DNA of 63,100 nt, counting the filler, from Collodictyon triciliatum (lineage: Eukaryota), in the NCBI GenBank assembly GCA_043381765.1. It is 6 parts of 6 records of this genome, joined end to end, with 100 filler letters (N's around TTAATTAATTAA, not from the genome) between each part and the next. Parts side by side here need not be neighbours in the genome. Positions count along the whole stretch, not along the records: positions 1 to 7,469 come from JBHJMP010002374.1; positions 7,570 to 17,420 come from JBHJMP010002376.1; 4 more parts are not named here. One strand, written 5' to 3'. A program made the translations under genes and the position numbers. The notes under the pieces were generated by a model. The model had not been told where the DNA came from. It saw only the letters and a program-made list of their open reading frames with translations, and ran no database searches. Positions within the stretch are counted from its first letter, which is position 1; every line of letters starts with the position of its first letter. Of this stretch, positions 1 through 13,600 are shown one piece after another.

Positions 1-21
1 TTGGACTGATTCTAAGAACAG

Positions 22-2523
22 ACTTGGAGAATTCCGAGATGGGTCTTAGAATCAGATCACAGATCCCAAGGACGCACTTGGGTGTCCAGTTGTTACACTC
101 AGACACCCGAATCATTAAGAATATTGGACGAGTTCCGGGAGTGGACTTCAAAGAGGACTTATGCCTTCGTCCATGATGACGATGCCCGAGTTTTTGATAC
201 AAAAATGTCGATTGCAGAAAAGGTCTTCGGATCAAAATGGCGAAGCATTCTTACAGGTATATACCAACCTCCTCTGTCATACATGATATTTTTCATCTGC
301 GGTGTGGGTGTTTTGTTTTGGTTTGGGTCACTTTTGTTCCCAATCGAGGAGTATTTGCTATTTCTCAATGTTGTTTGCTGGATTGGGATTACGCATTATG
401 CTCTGTTCATCCAGCTTTTCCAATTCGATGTCATCCTCTTCACTGCCTCATGTTTTGAAAATAACTTTCTCGTGGTCAACCTTGCCATTCAAATGTATTC
501 TATTGGAAGCCTGACACAGTGGGATGTACGTTCTCGACATTGCATAGTTTTCATATTTCTTTCTCACATGAACTTAATGTTCATGGATGCTTTCCCATTC
601 AGTTTTTCAAACTTCGAACGCGGATTTTCCAACTACCTACAAAGTGATTTATGTGACGAAGATAAATTCCAAGATCTGTCATTTCCGCAGTCTATTGATA
701 ATGCAAACCGCAGTGCTGGCTCAAGTCAAAAAAATCAACATAGAGTAATAGGGGATACAAGATTAGCATGGGCGCAAGGTTCTGCTTCATCAGTCGATGA
801 TACTCACCCCGAGCTAGTCGAACAATCAGTAGACTTAGAAAATGTAAGACAGAGCATCTTGTCTTTTTTTCCAAAGGCTAGTATTACGTGGCAACTACCA
901 AAACGTATTGTGAGTCATGCTCAGAATATTAAATTTCATTCACATTTTCCAATTCTGCTGATTATAGCTTGCCAAATTTTATTATATTTCTTGGTACAAA
1001 GAAAATTGATATCAAAAATGAAGGTATCTACTATCAGTATTGGAATATTTAGTTGGACAGACGAAGAAATGTGCCGAATTACTTGCATTAATATACTCTA
1101 CTTTTCAACAAAAAGGCTGCATCGTTCAATTTTTAAGCCTATGGGTATGTCGACCACCATGAAACGATGTTTGAGGATTCCATTAGTGAGACAATGGATT
1201 GAAATTCTTGAATTTTTGAAAACCAGTTTAACTGAAATCAGCCAGGCAAAATCCCATGGACACAAAGAATCGTCCGATATTGAGGAATCTAAAGAATATT
1301 TTAAGCCATCCAATGTCGAGCAGGAGAATGTCAAGGAAAAAGCCGATGAAAACTTAAATTGCTCAAAGACAAACAAAAATAATATGCCAATCATGCCCTT
1401 GAGATTGAATATTAATTCGGAGCTTGATCTTCATCAATTTCAATCAGGACAAAGCGCACAGATGAGACAAACAGAAGGGGATTTTCTTCCATTCCATGAT
1501 AAAATGTTAGTTATGAACTTTAACGCAGAGAGAAGATTGCTTGCGTGCATAAGCAGTGATTTTAAAGGGTTGTTCCTGGATTCGAATAAGACAGTAGGCG
1601 AATCACTAATTGGCAAGTACTGGTGGTCTATATGTTCGAAAGTTTTGTCCAAAGTTGCATATATGACAACTCCTGCTTGGTTTGTCGGATTTGGGTTTTT
1701 TTATTTTGCAATTATGGAAGCTGACCGAAGTTATGATGCTTTCTTGATTAGTTTTGGATTTTTCGCGATATGTCGCATCATTTGTGCTCTTGTACTGTTC
1801 CCAGTGGCATGTATCACTCATTGCATTTACACAATCGAAACCTCTTTTTTGTTCTTAAATACTGTCCTATTACTCGGGTTGGGAGTCTCAATTTATGGAA
1901 GGAACAATCCAATATCCTATGTGGGGTTATTAGCATATACCTTTTCTATAAATGCTGGCATCTTTATAGATGCCTATGCAGTTTCTTTCAAACCTTGTGC
2001 CACTAGCCTTAACCAAATATTGAAGAAATGGAAAGAAACTGGTATCGAGATGACCCTGGAAGATGGTATCATACTTAATATTGCAAATATGTTGATCTAT
2101 GATGCCTATGGAGCTAATCAGAGCTCAAGGTTGCTTAGAAACTATGTCAGGGGGTTAGCATCACAATGCGCTGGAGAGAAGAATATATTCAAATATTTGC
2201 TTGCTAGAAGTGCTGTGGAAAGGAAAATATCTTCCTCCTTGATACTGATGCTTCTTTACATCGGTATAGTTAATATTATTTTACTTTTATGCCTTCTTTC
2301 AGCAAAATCATATGAAAATCAGAATTTGATTGAAGTGGCAACGCCTTTGGGGATGTGGTCGAATATTGGGCTGATGAAAACGATTCTTTTGAACATGGCC
2401 ATAATCTTTACAAAAAGGGCAGTTTTAATAACGCTGTATCCACTCAAGACGGCGGCTTTTGACTCCCCGTACCTAAGGATTCCATTGGTTCCATCCGTGA
2501 TTGGATTGCAGAGAAAATATTAA
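22..2523 (+). CDS. Multi-pass membrane protein of unknown family, two tandem homologous modules; probably the large last exon of a 5'-incomplete gene
   Basis: Frame is open from 16 to the TAA at 2521-2523. The ORF-track start at 82 is GTG. A candidate acceptor (ttctaagaacag|) ends at 21. Many hydrophobic segments, and both halves end in LRIPLV. Confidence 0.8.
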   Translation, partial: TWRIPRWVLESDHRSQGRTWVSSCYTQTPESLRILDEFREWTSKRTYAFVHDDDARVFDTKMSIAEKVFGSKWRSILTGIYQPPLSYMIFFICGVGVLFWFGSLLFPIEEYLLFLNVVCWIGITHYALFIQLFQFDVILFTASCFENNFLVVNLAIQMYSIGSLTQWDVRSRHCIVFIFLSHMNLMFMDAFPFSFSNFERGFSNYLQSDLCDEDKFQDLSFPQSIDNANRSAGSSQKNQHRVIGDTRLAWAQGSASSVDDTHPELVEQSVDLENVRQSILSFFPKASITWQLPKRIVSHAQNIKFHSHFPILLIIACQILLYFLVQRKLISKMKVSTISIGIFSWTDEEMCRITCINILYFSTKRLHRSIFKPMGMSTTMKRCLRIPLVRQWIEILEFLKTSLTEISQAKSHGHKESSDIEESKEYFKPSNVEQENVKEKADENLNCSKTNKNNMPIMPLRLNINSELDLHQFQSGQSAQMRQTEGDFLPFHDKMLVMNFNAERRLLACISSDFKGLFLDSNKTVGESLIGKYWWSICSKVLSKVAYMTTPAWFVGFGFFYFAIMEADRSYDAFLISFGFFAICRIICALVLFPVACITHCIYTIETSFLFLNTVLLLGLGVSIYGRNNPISYVGLLAYTFSINAGIFIDAYAVSFKPCATSLNQILKKWKETGIEMTLEDGIILNIANMLIYDAYGANQSSRLLRNYVRGLASQCAGEKNIFKYLLARSAVERKISSSLILMLLYIGIVNIILLLCLLSAKSYENQNLIEVATPLGMWSNIGLMKTILLNMAIIFTKRAVLITLYPLKTAAFDSPYLRIPLVPSVIGLQRKY

Positions 2524-3167
2524 TAAAAGAAATGAAACACTTTCGAGCAGAAAAGAAAAAAAGCAATGGGCAACAGACTGCTCGAGCCCTCTGGAGGTAA
2601 TAACCAAAATTATTGTACGGGCTAATATATACGGTACTGTATGATCCGTATCAATTTCCGAACACGCTTCAACTATTTTTCGCCGAATCGGACCACCGAG
2701 CACGCAAGCCGCAGTGATCACACAGTATATAGTCGAGCGAATAATCACCATGCTGCAACTCCTGATCAAATCTGGTTGCTTTCCTGCCCACGTTGATTGG
2801 CCCAACCAGTTTCACAACGGCCCACGGTACATTCCATGGAAGACTAATGCCGGCTTCAAATGTCATTGTGCAGAACCATTTATTTTATATTTTTCTTGTT
2901 TGGATCGAATAATGGAATAAAAAATATATATTTAATTTTTTTCTACATTAGCTTGTGCTATGTAAAAAAAAAAAAAGTACCTAGAAATACCCACATCGCC
3001 AAAATCCTATGTTTGGAGTATTGGTGATAATTAGTTGCTTTTTTTTTTTCAACAAGCAGTGATCCCAAAGCAAGAGGGAATTTGGCTGTGTTCGGTTGGA
3101 TGTTGTTATTGTCCTCGCGCAATCCTCTAATCACAACGTATTATCCTAGCGAAAGGAGGCCAGCAGC

Positions 3168-4292
3168 ATGTGCGCTTACCGCATCTATGAATCGTCACAG
3201 AGCGCTCAGCGATTACTCCACCCGCACCCATACAAAACCGCCTCGCTTCAACCGCGTAGTCTGTCGTCTTCCTTCGAGAGGACCGGGCTGCAGCCGACTT
3301 CTGCTTTGGCGCCTCCAAGTCAAAAGATCACTCCCCTTTCTCAAAGTAGTCAACAAAGCCTGTCTGGTAATTCTCCACACAGGCCCATGCAACCAGGCAA
3401 ACCCCTCCTGTTGTCACAACAACTTCCAAAGAAAAACGAAAAAGGATCTTCGTCCATAGCCAGTCTGTCTGAGCACAAAAGTTCGCAGTTGGCTCAGTTC
3501 CACCTTACCCACACAGTTGCCGTTACAAGTATAAGCCAGATTTGCCCTCCCTCGGTGTTAGTGCAAAGGCCTATGTCTATTTCACCGTCATACTCAAACC
3601 CATCAGCTGCCTCGCCATTAAAGCAAGCGGTGCCTTCATCCGCGCTCAAGTCTGTTCTAGAGCCTCGTAGATTATTTTCCAGCCCAAGCCAAGGGGCAGC
3701 TCTGGTAACCCAAAAGGTGGCTCAAAAAATAACACTTTCGGAATCTTTAGAGAAGACACAGCCAAAGAAATCTATTGAAGTGAGCATTAGGCAGTACAGT
3801 TATAATTATGGATCTTACTTTGCTCTTGCAGTTGTGAAGGGAGAGTCGATGGTAGGTGCACTCGAATTATGCATATATACCCCAGTTATTTTTTCGTGCT
3901 TGGCTCCGTCCTTTTGTTTCCTTGATCCCTTTCATTTCAGCTTTTATTTATTCCTCTGTATTGTCGTACTTTTCCTTTCAGCTAATCTATCCTGACCAGC
4001 ATATTATCTCGTTTTTCTTTGATTTTTATCGCAGGAGAGCCAGGATGAAGTTGCACTGGACTTGGTGATACCAGGCGAACTCAGCAAGCATATACCTTTG
4101 GCCACTGGAAAGTTTTTCCTGATTACAGAATGGTATGATATCTTTCTGCGATGCAAGCATGAATATACTGACTAGCGTTAATTTCACTCGCGTGCTGATA
4201 GATGGGTAAATAACGACACAATCAGGTTTGAGCTGTCAAAGTCTCACACCGGCCGGCGGTCGCTACTTTGCACCGACATCGGGTTGTCGTAG
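3168..4292 (+). CDS. Hypothetical protein, Ser/Pro/Gln-rich N-terminus with a short globular C-terminus (4 exons)
   Basis: ATG at 3168. Phase-consistent GT-AG introns (gaag|gtgagc..ttgcag|, atg|gtaggt..cgcag|, tg|gtatga..aatcag|) give ...KKSIEVVKGESMESQDEVALDLVIPGELSKHIPLATGKFFLITEWFELSKSHTGRRSLLCTDIGLS*. Confidence 0.55.
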
Positions 4293-4443
4293 GCCATCCT
4301 CATCCTTCGGGAGGTATGGGTCGTCGACACCGTTATTTTACTGTAATCAAAAGCAAGATGGAGTATGTGCTGGGGACACTTAGAAAGCCGCTTTCGCTAG
4401 AGAGGTGTTTAATAGAGTTAGCCGGTCTATCGAATACGAGAAT

Positions 4444-4444
<1 letters not shown>

Positions 4445-4523
<79 letters not shown>
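4445..4523. repeat. (CA)n microsatellite
   Basis: Directly visible. Confidence 0.97.
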
Positions 4524-4525
<2 letters not shown>

Positions 4526-6015
4526 CGTGTACATGTCCATACTGTTGTTCCTATCCAAGATGGATCACAATCTCTTGCATTTCATTTCTCTTTTTTTGGT
4601 TTCTTTCCCTGCCATAAATCGTCTGTTTCGCCTCCCCATGCGAATGGGACGGGTGTGGTTGGATATTCACTTGTGGATGGCGCGCCCGACTTTCGCATTG
4701 GGATTGCTACCATCTTCTGAGCCCAAGACTTCTGGTATGCCTTCTCTTTGTCTATCTCTATCTTCCTCGCCCTCTTTCCTTCTCTTCTTTTGTCCCAAAC
4801 AGCTCGATAAACCATTGTTTATTGAAGGAGTCTTGTTTTCTTGTCTCCTTGTCATATGATTGTAACCTCTGCCACAAATTATTCACTTTTTTTTTCCTGG
4901 AGAGTCAAACATAGTTTGGGAAGGGACTGAGGCAATCGTTAAGAGATACACAAGAAAGAAAGAAGGAAAGAAAGAAATAAGTAATGATTAAATCATTGGA
5001 AAAGAACGTAAGACAAAAGAAGAGGACACAATAAGCAGTGCGGCGTGGCCGAGGTTTGCTAACGACTGGCAGGCAGCAGCGTCACTTGAAGGCCGTCTGC
5101 GCACGGGGCGAGTCCATCGCAATGTATTCGGGGCTGATTGATCTCCGGGGGTTGGCGAGCCTTTGGTGGGGTTTTGCGAGTTAGTAGGAGGACTGCGCTG
5201 CTTCCTGCCGTGACGGATCGCCCGCCCAGCGCACGAACAGAAGCCCGATCAAGAAAAGAAAACAAGGACGCGGGATAAGCGGAGTCGCGGAAAGGATAAA
5301 GAAGAGACTGCCCAGACGACGAGAACATGCGGATACTAATGGGCAAATGGATACACATATATATACACACACATATATATAAATGAGCGATTGTCTGAGT
5401 GGCTCGATAGTGCGGCGTACCCTGCGAATCCTGGGCGGGCGTGTGTGCGGGACTTTGTCGGGGGCGGTGGTTCGCTCTGTGCAGCGGCGGGATTGGACGC
5501 CAGGGAGCTGCTGCCCGGGGGTTTGTGGAGAAAGGCAGGGGCGTCTCTGGCGCTCAGTGGGCCGTCCGCGTGGAGCGAGTCTGACGACGAGAAGAAGGTG
5601 GTTCCTGCGTTTGTGTTTCTCCTGAGTCCACCATGGTATTTCACAAGAGAGGGGGTCTTTTTCTTCTTGTTGTCCTTCTTTTTCTGTGCAAAATGGCCGG
5701 CTTTTGCGGTGCTCTGTTTCTGCTATATTCAACATCTCTTTGTTTTTTTTTTGTTTTTTTGTTTTGTTTTTGTTTTGTTTTTGTTTTGTTTTTGTTTTGT
5801 TTTTGTTTTGTTTTTGTTTTGTTGCGAGTGGAACCTCTCGGCGAATAAGTGTCGAGTAGGTGCGGTACGTGCGATATCCTCGAGCCTTGATATTCCGTGT
5901 GATGCAGACGCGTAGTGAGTGATTTGCGTGATGGAACGGAGGAGAGGGGCGAGGAGAAAAAAAAAAAAGTTAAAAGAAAAGAAAAGAAAATGGAATCACA
6001 TATGCTTTTATGAAT

Positions 6016-7358
6016 TTATATTCTATTAAAGTCACCGATTTTCGAAAAGTAGTCGCTTCTTTTTGAGCCGTGCCGAGCTGTTGCAGCAGAATGACATATG
6101 GAGACAAAACAAAAAGAACAAGATCAGAATAAGTTTTGTTTATTTTTCTATCTATTGTAAGTCTTCTTTAAACGAGAGAAAATATTGAATGAATCGATCG
6201 TTTAATAGATAATAAAGGAAAAAACATCTTATTAGGAGTAATGAGGATTTTACACTTACCAGCCTCCACAGGTTTCTTTACAACATCCTTGTTTTTTTGG
6301 CCCTTTGAATGTATCCGAAAAAAAAAAGAAGAAAAAAGGAAATGTTTGTGTTAAATAACAAGAAAAAATAGCGAGTGTGTGAGAATGTAGCAGTAGTAAA
6401 TGAAAGAAATAGGAAAGAAAAGACATAGCAGGCACCTCTAAAGGACTACTGGGGACGCTGTGTTTAATATTCGTGAGTATGCATTAGATTTCGTTAGTGG
6501 CTCAATAATAGTTTTAATTTGTGTATCTGAAGGAGAAATATTAAGTGACAAGACACATCAAAATAATCTACCAAATACACGGGGATGTAAAAAGAAAGAA
6601 AGAAAGAAAACCTTGGTACAGGTACATTTGCATGAGAAGAAGCTTCCAGCAACTATAAAGAGCGAATTGGTGAGATTGTATACATGGTTTTTTTTTTTTT
6701 CGCGACTGTAGTCCCTGAGATTTCTGTATATTAATTAGGGTTATACCGATTTCTCGGCAGCAGGTATCGCAGATGCTTGAATGTTCTATATTAATAGGCA
6801 TTTTAAAACAAAGTTATCACAAGAATAGGTCAATTTTTTTGGTTTTATATCTACTACATTTTAAATGACAATCACAATAAAAGCAATAGCAATAGCGATG
6901 ATAATATTGAGGAAGAAGTTATGGGAAAGGGCTTCTAATTGTTCCCATCACACATACATTACATAATATTAGATTACATGAAATTGCATTACATTACAAT
7001 TGACAAAAGAAAGAAACTTGAACTTCAGATAATTCGCCTGAAAAATGGCAACCTTATAACACTGACTCTTTATGAATCTGGGGTATGAGTCTGCCTCAAT
7101 CAATTGGTATATTTCTGCCTGAGCTTCGTCGTAAATACCAAGAGGGACAACACTATGGATAAGTATGCGCTCAAGGGAAAAGTACCAAGTACCATACAAA
7201 ATTCGTCAAGGTTACTGACCAATATACAATAAATGTTGTTACCGTTCATATTCCTCGTCCAAAGGATTGTCTTTGATCCACAGCTCTACCTTCGACCGAA
7301 CAGTACCGCTCATATTGACTTGTAGGTTAGATCTTACAGCAACATACGTTTTGTAGAG
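6016..7358 (-). CDS. RGS (regulator of G-protein signalling) domain protein, 3' part; 5' end lost at contig end
   Basis: Exons LYKTYVAVRSNLQVNMSGTVRSKVE... and GIYDEAQAEIYQLIEADSYPRFIKSQCYK match the RGS C-terminal motifs (VNI; AQ..I..L...DSYPRF..S). Short phase-consistent exons follow (NIQASAIPAAEKS, LLEASSHANVPVP, SVPSSPLE, GQKNKDVVKKPVEA, ARHGSKRSDYFSKIGDFNRI*). Confidence 0.8.
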
Positions 7359-7469
7359 CTATTCGACCATATAATGCAATTGTCATACATGATTATTATT
7401 TTCTTATAACCCCCCCCCCCCCCCCTCCCCCACCCCTATTTCAAACAGCCAGAGCTACATTTTTTTTTT

Positions 7470-7569
7470 NNNNNNNNNNNNNNNNNNNNNNNNNNNNNNN
7501 NNNNNNNNNNNNNTTAATTAATTAANNNNNNNNNNNNNNNNNNNNNNNNNNNNNNNNNNNNNNNNNNNN
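7470..7569. other. Artificial contig linker (N44-TTAATTAATTAA-N44)
   Basis: Six-frame stop spacer padded with Ns. Confidence 0.97.
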
Positions 7570-7587
7570 AAAAAACAAAAAAAAAAG

Positions 7588-7637
<50 letters not shown>

Positions 7638-7681
7638 AGGGGGGGGGGGGGGGATAAAGTGAAAGGAAACAGAATTCTCAC

Positions 7682-10600
7682 CTTCTGCAGCAACTCTGGA
7701 AGCAGGGGCTTTGGATTGGAAATTGAATCCCTTCTTACCCACAACAAACGGCTCCCTAATCAAAGGGTCCAAATTGTCATGCGTGCTACACTTGTCACTT
7801 TGCGGAGCATGTGCAGTGACTGTATGGAGCGATGAAATAGCAAGCTCAAAGTCAAAGACTTCGCAATCCATTTTTTTGGAGGGTACATTCCACTGAATAA
7901 TAGAAAAGAGATACCGTGAAATTGAATGCATATATTGGCAGTTATGTTCTATGAAGATAATTTAATAGGATTCTTCCTATCTTTTTTTTTTTTTAAATAA
8001 ATAAAGTGGGGTACCAGGTAGTAGTTGAAATCCATCCTATAATGGGTCAAATCCTTCTTCCCAGTGAGCACTCTGTAGATGACTTCCTCTCCACCTTTTA
8101 TAATTCAGATTAAATTGATTATTTATAATGAAAAAAAAACATCTACTTTCTTATATAACTAAAATCCTTGTGCAGGCGAATGGGTAAAAATAAACGACAC
8201 ACATAGAAATCCAGTTTTACCGTATGCAATTGATTTTTCTATCAAGACTGCGAATCCGTTGCTGTCAATAAGATATAGCCGAATATCCACGTCAATAAGG
8301 TGATTTCCTACGTAAGCTCGAAAGACGCTTTTCCCAATGAAAAACAGTTTTAAAAAAAAGAAACATAAGTCGTATAAAATAAAGCAGGCTTCAGAATAAA
8401 AAAACAAAAAAACAAAAACGAATGTAAAATATTAGGCCACCTTGTTTCAGACAGGGAGAACTCCATTTGATGGCTGTAATGATTCAAGTCCAAGAAATAC
8501 CTATCCATGCATATTTGTATGGTGGTTCATTACAAACTATCTATGTTCGGTTTCTTGAGAAAAAAAAAACATGTCTGAGCTAATTTACGCACCAATCTTG
8601 TAAATGAATATCGCCCTTGTACGAGAAGTCATCCAGTGAAGCTTTTCACATTTGTATTAGTTAACCCTCAACCACACAAAGAGTTGAAATAACCAATAAT
8701 AAAGAAAAGGAAAAAAAGAAGAGGAATAATACATTGTGTATGATATAGACATATACGTGTATCAAGAATTATATCAAATAGTATAGTACTGGGCAAGAGT
8801 GGCGCATAGCATGTCGTATCACGTTCTTCCGATGCATCCAGGGGTTTACAATCAGGATATCCTGAATAACCACGGGCACATCCAGCACAGAAATCATCAC
8901 CAATTGTAGCGTATCCTACATTGCATGTGCAACTGGGGTATCCAAGAGAATCGTCGCACTATGACAATATTTACCAAAGGATTAGCACTAGCAGATGAGG
9001 GTGGATTGGGATAGTATCATGATATTAAAGAAAAGAGATAGAAATATCCAAAGCACTTGGCCGTGTCCACTGCAACTATTCTCAGCACACTTTACGTCGG
9101 ATACACACGCCATCCCAACATGATGATAGCCTGGTAGACAGTCTAAGCAAGCTGGTCCGGAGAATGGACTAGAGAGGAATCCACATTAGAGTATATTCAC
9201 AAAAATACCATTAACTCTGAATCTTGATGTTTCAAAAATAAGATATATACGTATACGTTAAAAGAGAATAGGGGAAAGCGTAGGATTAACAAAATTAAAT
9301 TAAAGATGAAATCAAAATTTAAAATGAAAGATGGACCTATTGCATTTGCATTCCAAGGTGCCACTCGTGGAGTTTATACATTTTCCATTATCATGGCAAT
9401 TGCAATAAGACATAAAGAAGTAGTAATCATACGACTCCATTTCGAAAGGAACGTCATCTTTATTCTTGAATGCACTATAATTATTCATGTAAGTATAAGA
9501 TACGTAATGACAAAAGCCACAACAGTCCTCCTCTAATAGATTTTCCAAAATTGATATGTCCAATGCTTACTTCGGGTCAATATGGAGAGAAAACACCTGT
9601 CCAGACTGAAAGCTATTGGCCTTGAAGATGATTCGGATGGATGTTCGGTCGTAGTTGTAAGAAGCCTGTTTGGTAATAATGAGGGTAAGCTTTTCGGGTT
9701 TCTATTTTTTGGTCCTCCATTTAGAACTTTAACATTTCCTATAAATTCATTTCGATATACTTATACAGCTCAAATACTATTCCATCATTGTTTTCAAAGA
9801 GAAAAAAACACGTGTGTAACTTACATCATCCGGTAATATTGGGTCGGACTGGAATCGACGCAGAGAAACAATATCCGTGGTTTTCAGTGCTGTGGAGGCA
9901 GGAGATGATGGCGGTTGTGAAAAGTACATGCTGATGATCAAGTCCTAGAGTTTGGTTTGAAATAAATGAACCAAATTATATGGATGTTGAGTGGATGCAA
10001 TGTGATGGCATTATGCAATGCTTGATATCGTATACTAGGGAGTCAATTCTTTGGATACCTCTTGCCAGTTAAGCTCTCGTCCACCAGGGGGATTCACCGA
10101 ATATATGACAGGCCCTTCATCAGCAATGGCTTTTGCGTTTGAAAAAATAATTGAGATGCTAGATAAGTTGACTGAGAGGTACTTTGACCGACTCTTGTGA
10201 AAGTTAAACATAAATAAACACATTTTTTTGTTCAAAATTACGAAATGAGAAGCATAGTAAAACAAGAAATAATCATATAAAAATTGCTAACCTTGCATGG
10301 AAAACATATATTTGTGGCATTGAGTCTTTCCTTTTTCCAATCGATGGACCTTACTCCGAATCATAATTATGTAGGTACCATACGCAATCTGAGCAGATAT
10401 ATGAATCATGAAATGAGGCAAACAAAAACAAAAACAACAAAAACATAATGAAATGAAACACATGCGCATGATAAAGAAGCTCTTATTCCACTAAATTAAT
10501 TAGTTGTATATTCATGACTATGAATGTGATATAACCTGAGTGCTTATGATGTTCAGAAAATTAACATATGAACCCCGGTTGACACTGCCTTCATAGCGAC

Positions 10601-13600
10601 CAACTGAGACAACGCTATTGTCTTCTTTATTGATGAGAAGAAGGGAAAAATCAGCCAAAAGAAAGTCGAAGCCGACCTCAATCCTTGCCTTGACTTTAGA
10701 TTTTACTTTAAAGGTGACATTCTAAATGTGTGAACGAGTTAATATAACGGCCTTTAAAGAATGGTTCCATTTGTTTGGGATATCTACCTTAACATAATCG
10801 AATCCACTTTCATCAGCGTCTCTAAAGACATATACCCTGAGATTGTCATCTATTATGGGGTTAATCGATTGAAACAAATTTTATGATGCGGACAATATCC
10901 TCACAGTAGATGCACGAAGGAAAGAAGAATAAAATGCAAATTCGTTAAGCCCATAAATTTAAGATGATGTGAAAGAAACAAACCAAAGTATGAAATTGTT
11001 TTATTGTGTATAATCTCGAACGAAGGCGGAAGATACCCAAACTGACCGCCTTCGCTGCTACAATCAACTGACTGTGCAACAAGGCTCTTCGGCTTCATCG
11101 CCAACTCCAAATGATAGAACGGACATGGTACTTCAGGAACTTGAAAGTAGGATATCATGAGCGAAAATGTCTCGTGTGACTTTGATAGTGTGATGGACCC
11201 AGATTCCACTTGGTCCTGACCAAAGAAGAATCCAACCACGTTCGAGATGTTATGCACATCGCCTCTGTATATAACAAAGTCTATGTCACTTCCTTCATGT
11301 TGCGGCTGTGAAAATACTCGGAATATGCTGTCCTCGACCACCTTAAACTGGATAATTTCATGCTCAATTTTTGAATTCTGAGATGTAACCATCATAAAAT
11401 TTTCCCCGTAAAAGCGAATGGAGCCGTCCTCCTTCTGTGGGCCGCCATAGGCTGCGCTTCCGCTTGTCGAAGAGAACAAGTCTTTGGGTAGGGGTTGTTG
11501 ACGGGTACACGCATCATCCTGTGACCCGTCAGTCAGTTCGATAAACAACTCAAAATGCGTGCATACTAGACTCGCCCCAGGAAGGGATGATGCTGATTCA
11601 GGCTCCCGGATAACAAGCTTGTAGTCTCCAGGGGGGAGTCCTCGTCGGATGAATGCCTGGTTGTATGATATATCTGCAAGTTCCTTGATAAGAACAGGAT
11701 TGGACAACCCCGTGTCTGCATAGCCTTCTAAACTAAGGGCTAAATGCCCAGTGAGGAATCGGTACGTAATGCGTGTATCCAGTGTGGCCTCATCTTGAAT
11801 CGTGAACGTAATCGTGTGCTGGAAAGGGTTTGATGCTTTACGCGTGAAGGAGAAGCTCTCATCTATCTTGGTTCTAGATTTAATTGAAGAAGGTGGCAAT
11901 TTCTCGCTGCATGTTGTGAGCGATTGGTCGCTAGTCAGGATTGCAAGAGGGGATATTGCGATTTCAAATGGAATTATGTAGCAGTCGCCCACAGATGGGA
12001 GCACCGAGCTGCTTACTGGTCGGTTAACTGTTTGAGTATAAAATATGGTTATCTAAGTGCAGTGTTCTAAGTGAATTCCGATGTTATCTTTAATATATTT
12101 GAAAGGAAAGTGGCAAACATGTGCGAAAGTGATAGTCTCCTGTCTCCAGTTGAACAAAAATGGTTTCAGGCTCTTCAGATTCTCTAGTGGCAATCATGTC
12201 CCCTGGACTTGCCTTTTAGGTAAATAAGTGGGTGAATAAATAATTATAGAATAACTTGATTAGTTCCCCGACTGCAAAAGCTTTCAAGGATAGGGAACCC
12301 ATCAAAGTATAAAAAAAGAAGAAGAAAAAGGAAAAGCAATTACATAAAACAGAAAAGAGTAAAAATAAAAAAAAGGAAAAGAGTTAGAATAAGAAAAGAA
12401 AAGAAAAGAAAAGAAGAGGAAAATTTAAGACTCACAGATGTTCCTTTGTAAAGTGCTAGGTCAACATTGATTCCTGGGTGGGCTGGGGTATAAAGCCGAA
12501 GCAATGATGTTATTCCAATCTTGAATGATATTGTCTCTGTCACTTTATGGACCACATATCTGTCCAGAAAATGAGTAAGGCCACCGGAGGAGGAAGACAA
12601 GTACGACGGCGAGTCCAGAGTTGAAGGGAGCTTTTGATTACGACATGTGAAGTAGTCATTTTCATCAAAGTCCGTGGCAGAGGATGCCTTCATGAGAGCA
12701 AAACTGATTGTAAATTCAACACAATGACGATACTTAGTCGGCATCGCATCAGATTCATAGAGTTCTAGGCTATAAGACCCCGGTGATAATATTGTTGTGG
12801 GAATCACTCTGCCATTACTAATACTGACACCTAGGTCGGAGCTGTCTGCAAGCTGCAGTCTTGCAGCAACCCCAGATGTCCCGAAATTTGTACCCATCTG
12901 GTTTGAGAGGCCTTTCAATAATATGATACACTAGATCTACGGGCTTTCTCACAGATACACATGTATGTGTGCTTAAGGAAAACCGTGAGGACAAAGTCAC
13001 TCTATAGTGTAACAAATACATTACCACAAGACGAAATCCCGTGTGCTCATGTAAAACAAGCGGAATCACGTGCTTCAGATTTGAGGATGATTGGGTATAT
13101 CGAAAAGATTCAAACATCACTTCCTGACTTTCGGATTTGGGTGTACTAGAAAGCAAATTAGTATGAACACGTGTGCTCGACTGGCACATAGTATAATTAT
13201 TACTTCAAACTATATTAACCACACTTACAGAAAACTTGATGGGGGTAACTTATCGGTGCATCGCTTCTGAGTAAAATCGAAGTCGCTCTCAGGGTAAATG
13301 GACAGCTCCATGCGGAAGGTCTTTGTCGACAACGATAATGAATTGTATTTCCATTATAAAATATGTTGTCTGGAAAAAAGATTATGAAATTCTTGTAAAA
13401 ATTGTATAATCAAGTATACATACAAGACAGTCTCCCCGAGATACTTCTTCGCCGATGGAGAATGATATTTTAATGTCGTACTTCTCATCTGCAGACATAA
13501 AGACTAGGAGGGATGTTTCATAAGGTGATACATCTTTTTTGTAGACAACCTCAGACTTTGAGAGGACTTGCACGCCAACTGAAAACAGAGCTTGGTCGAT

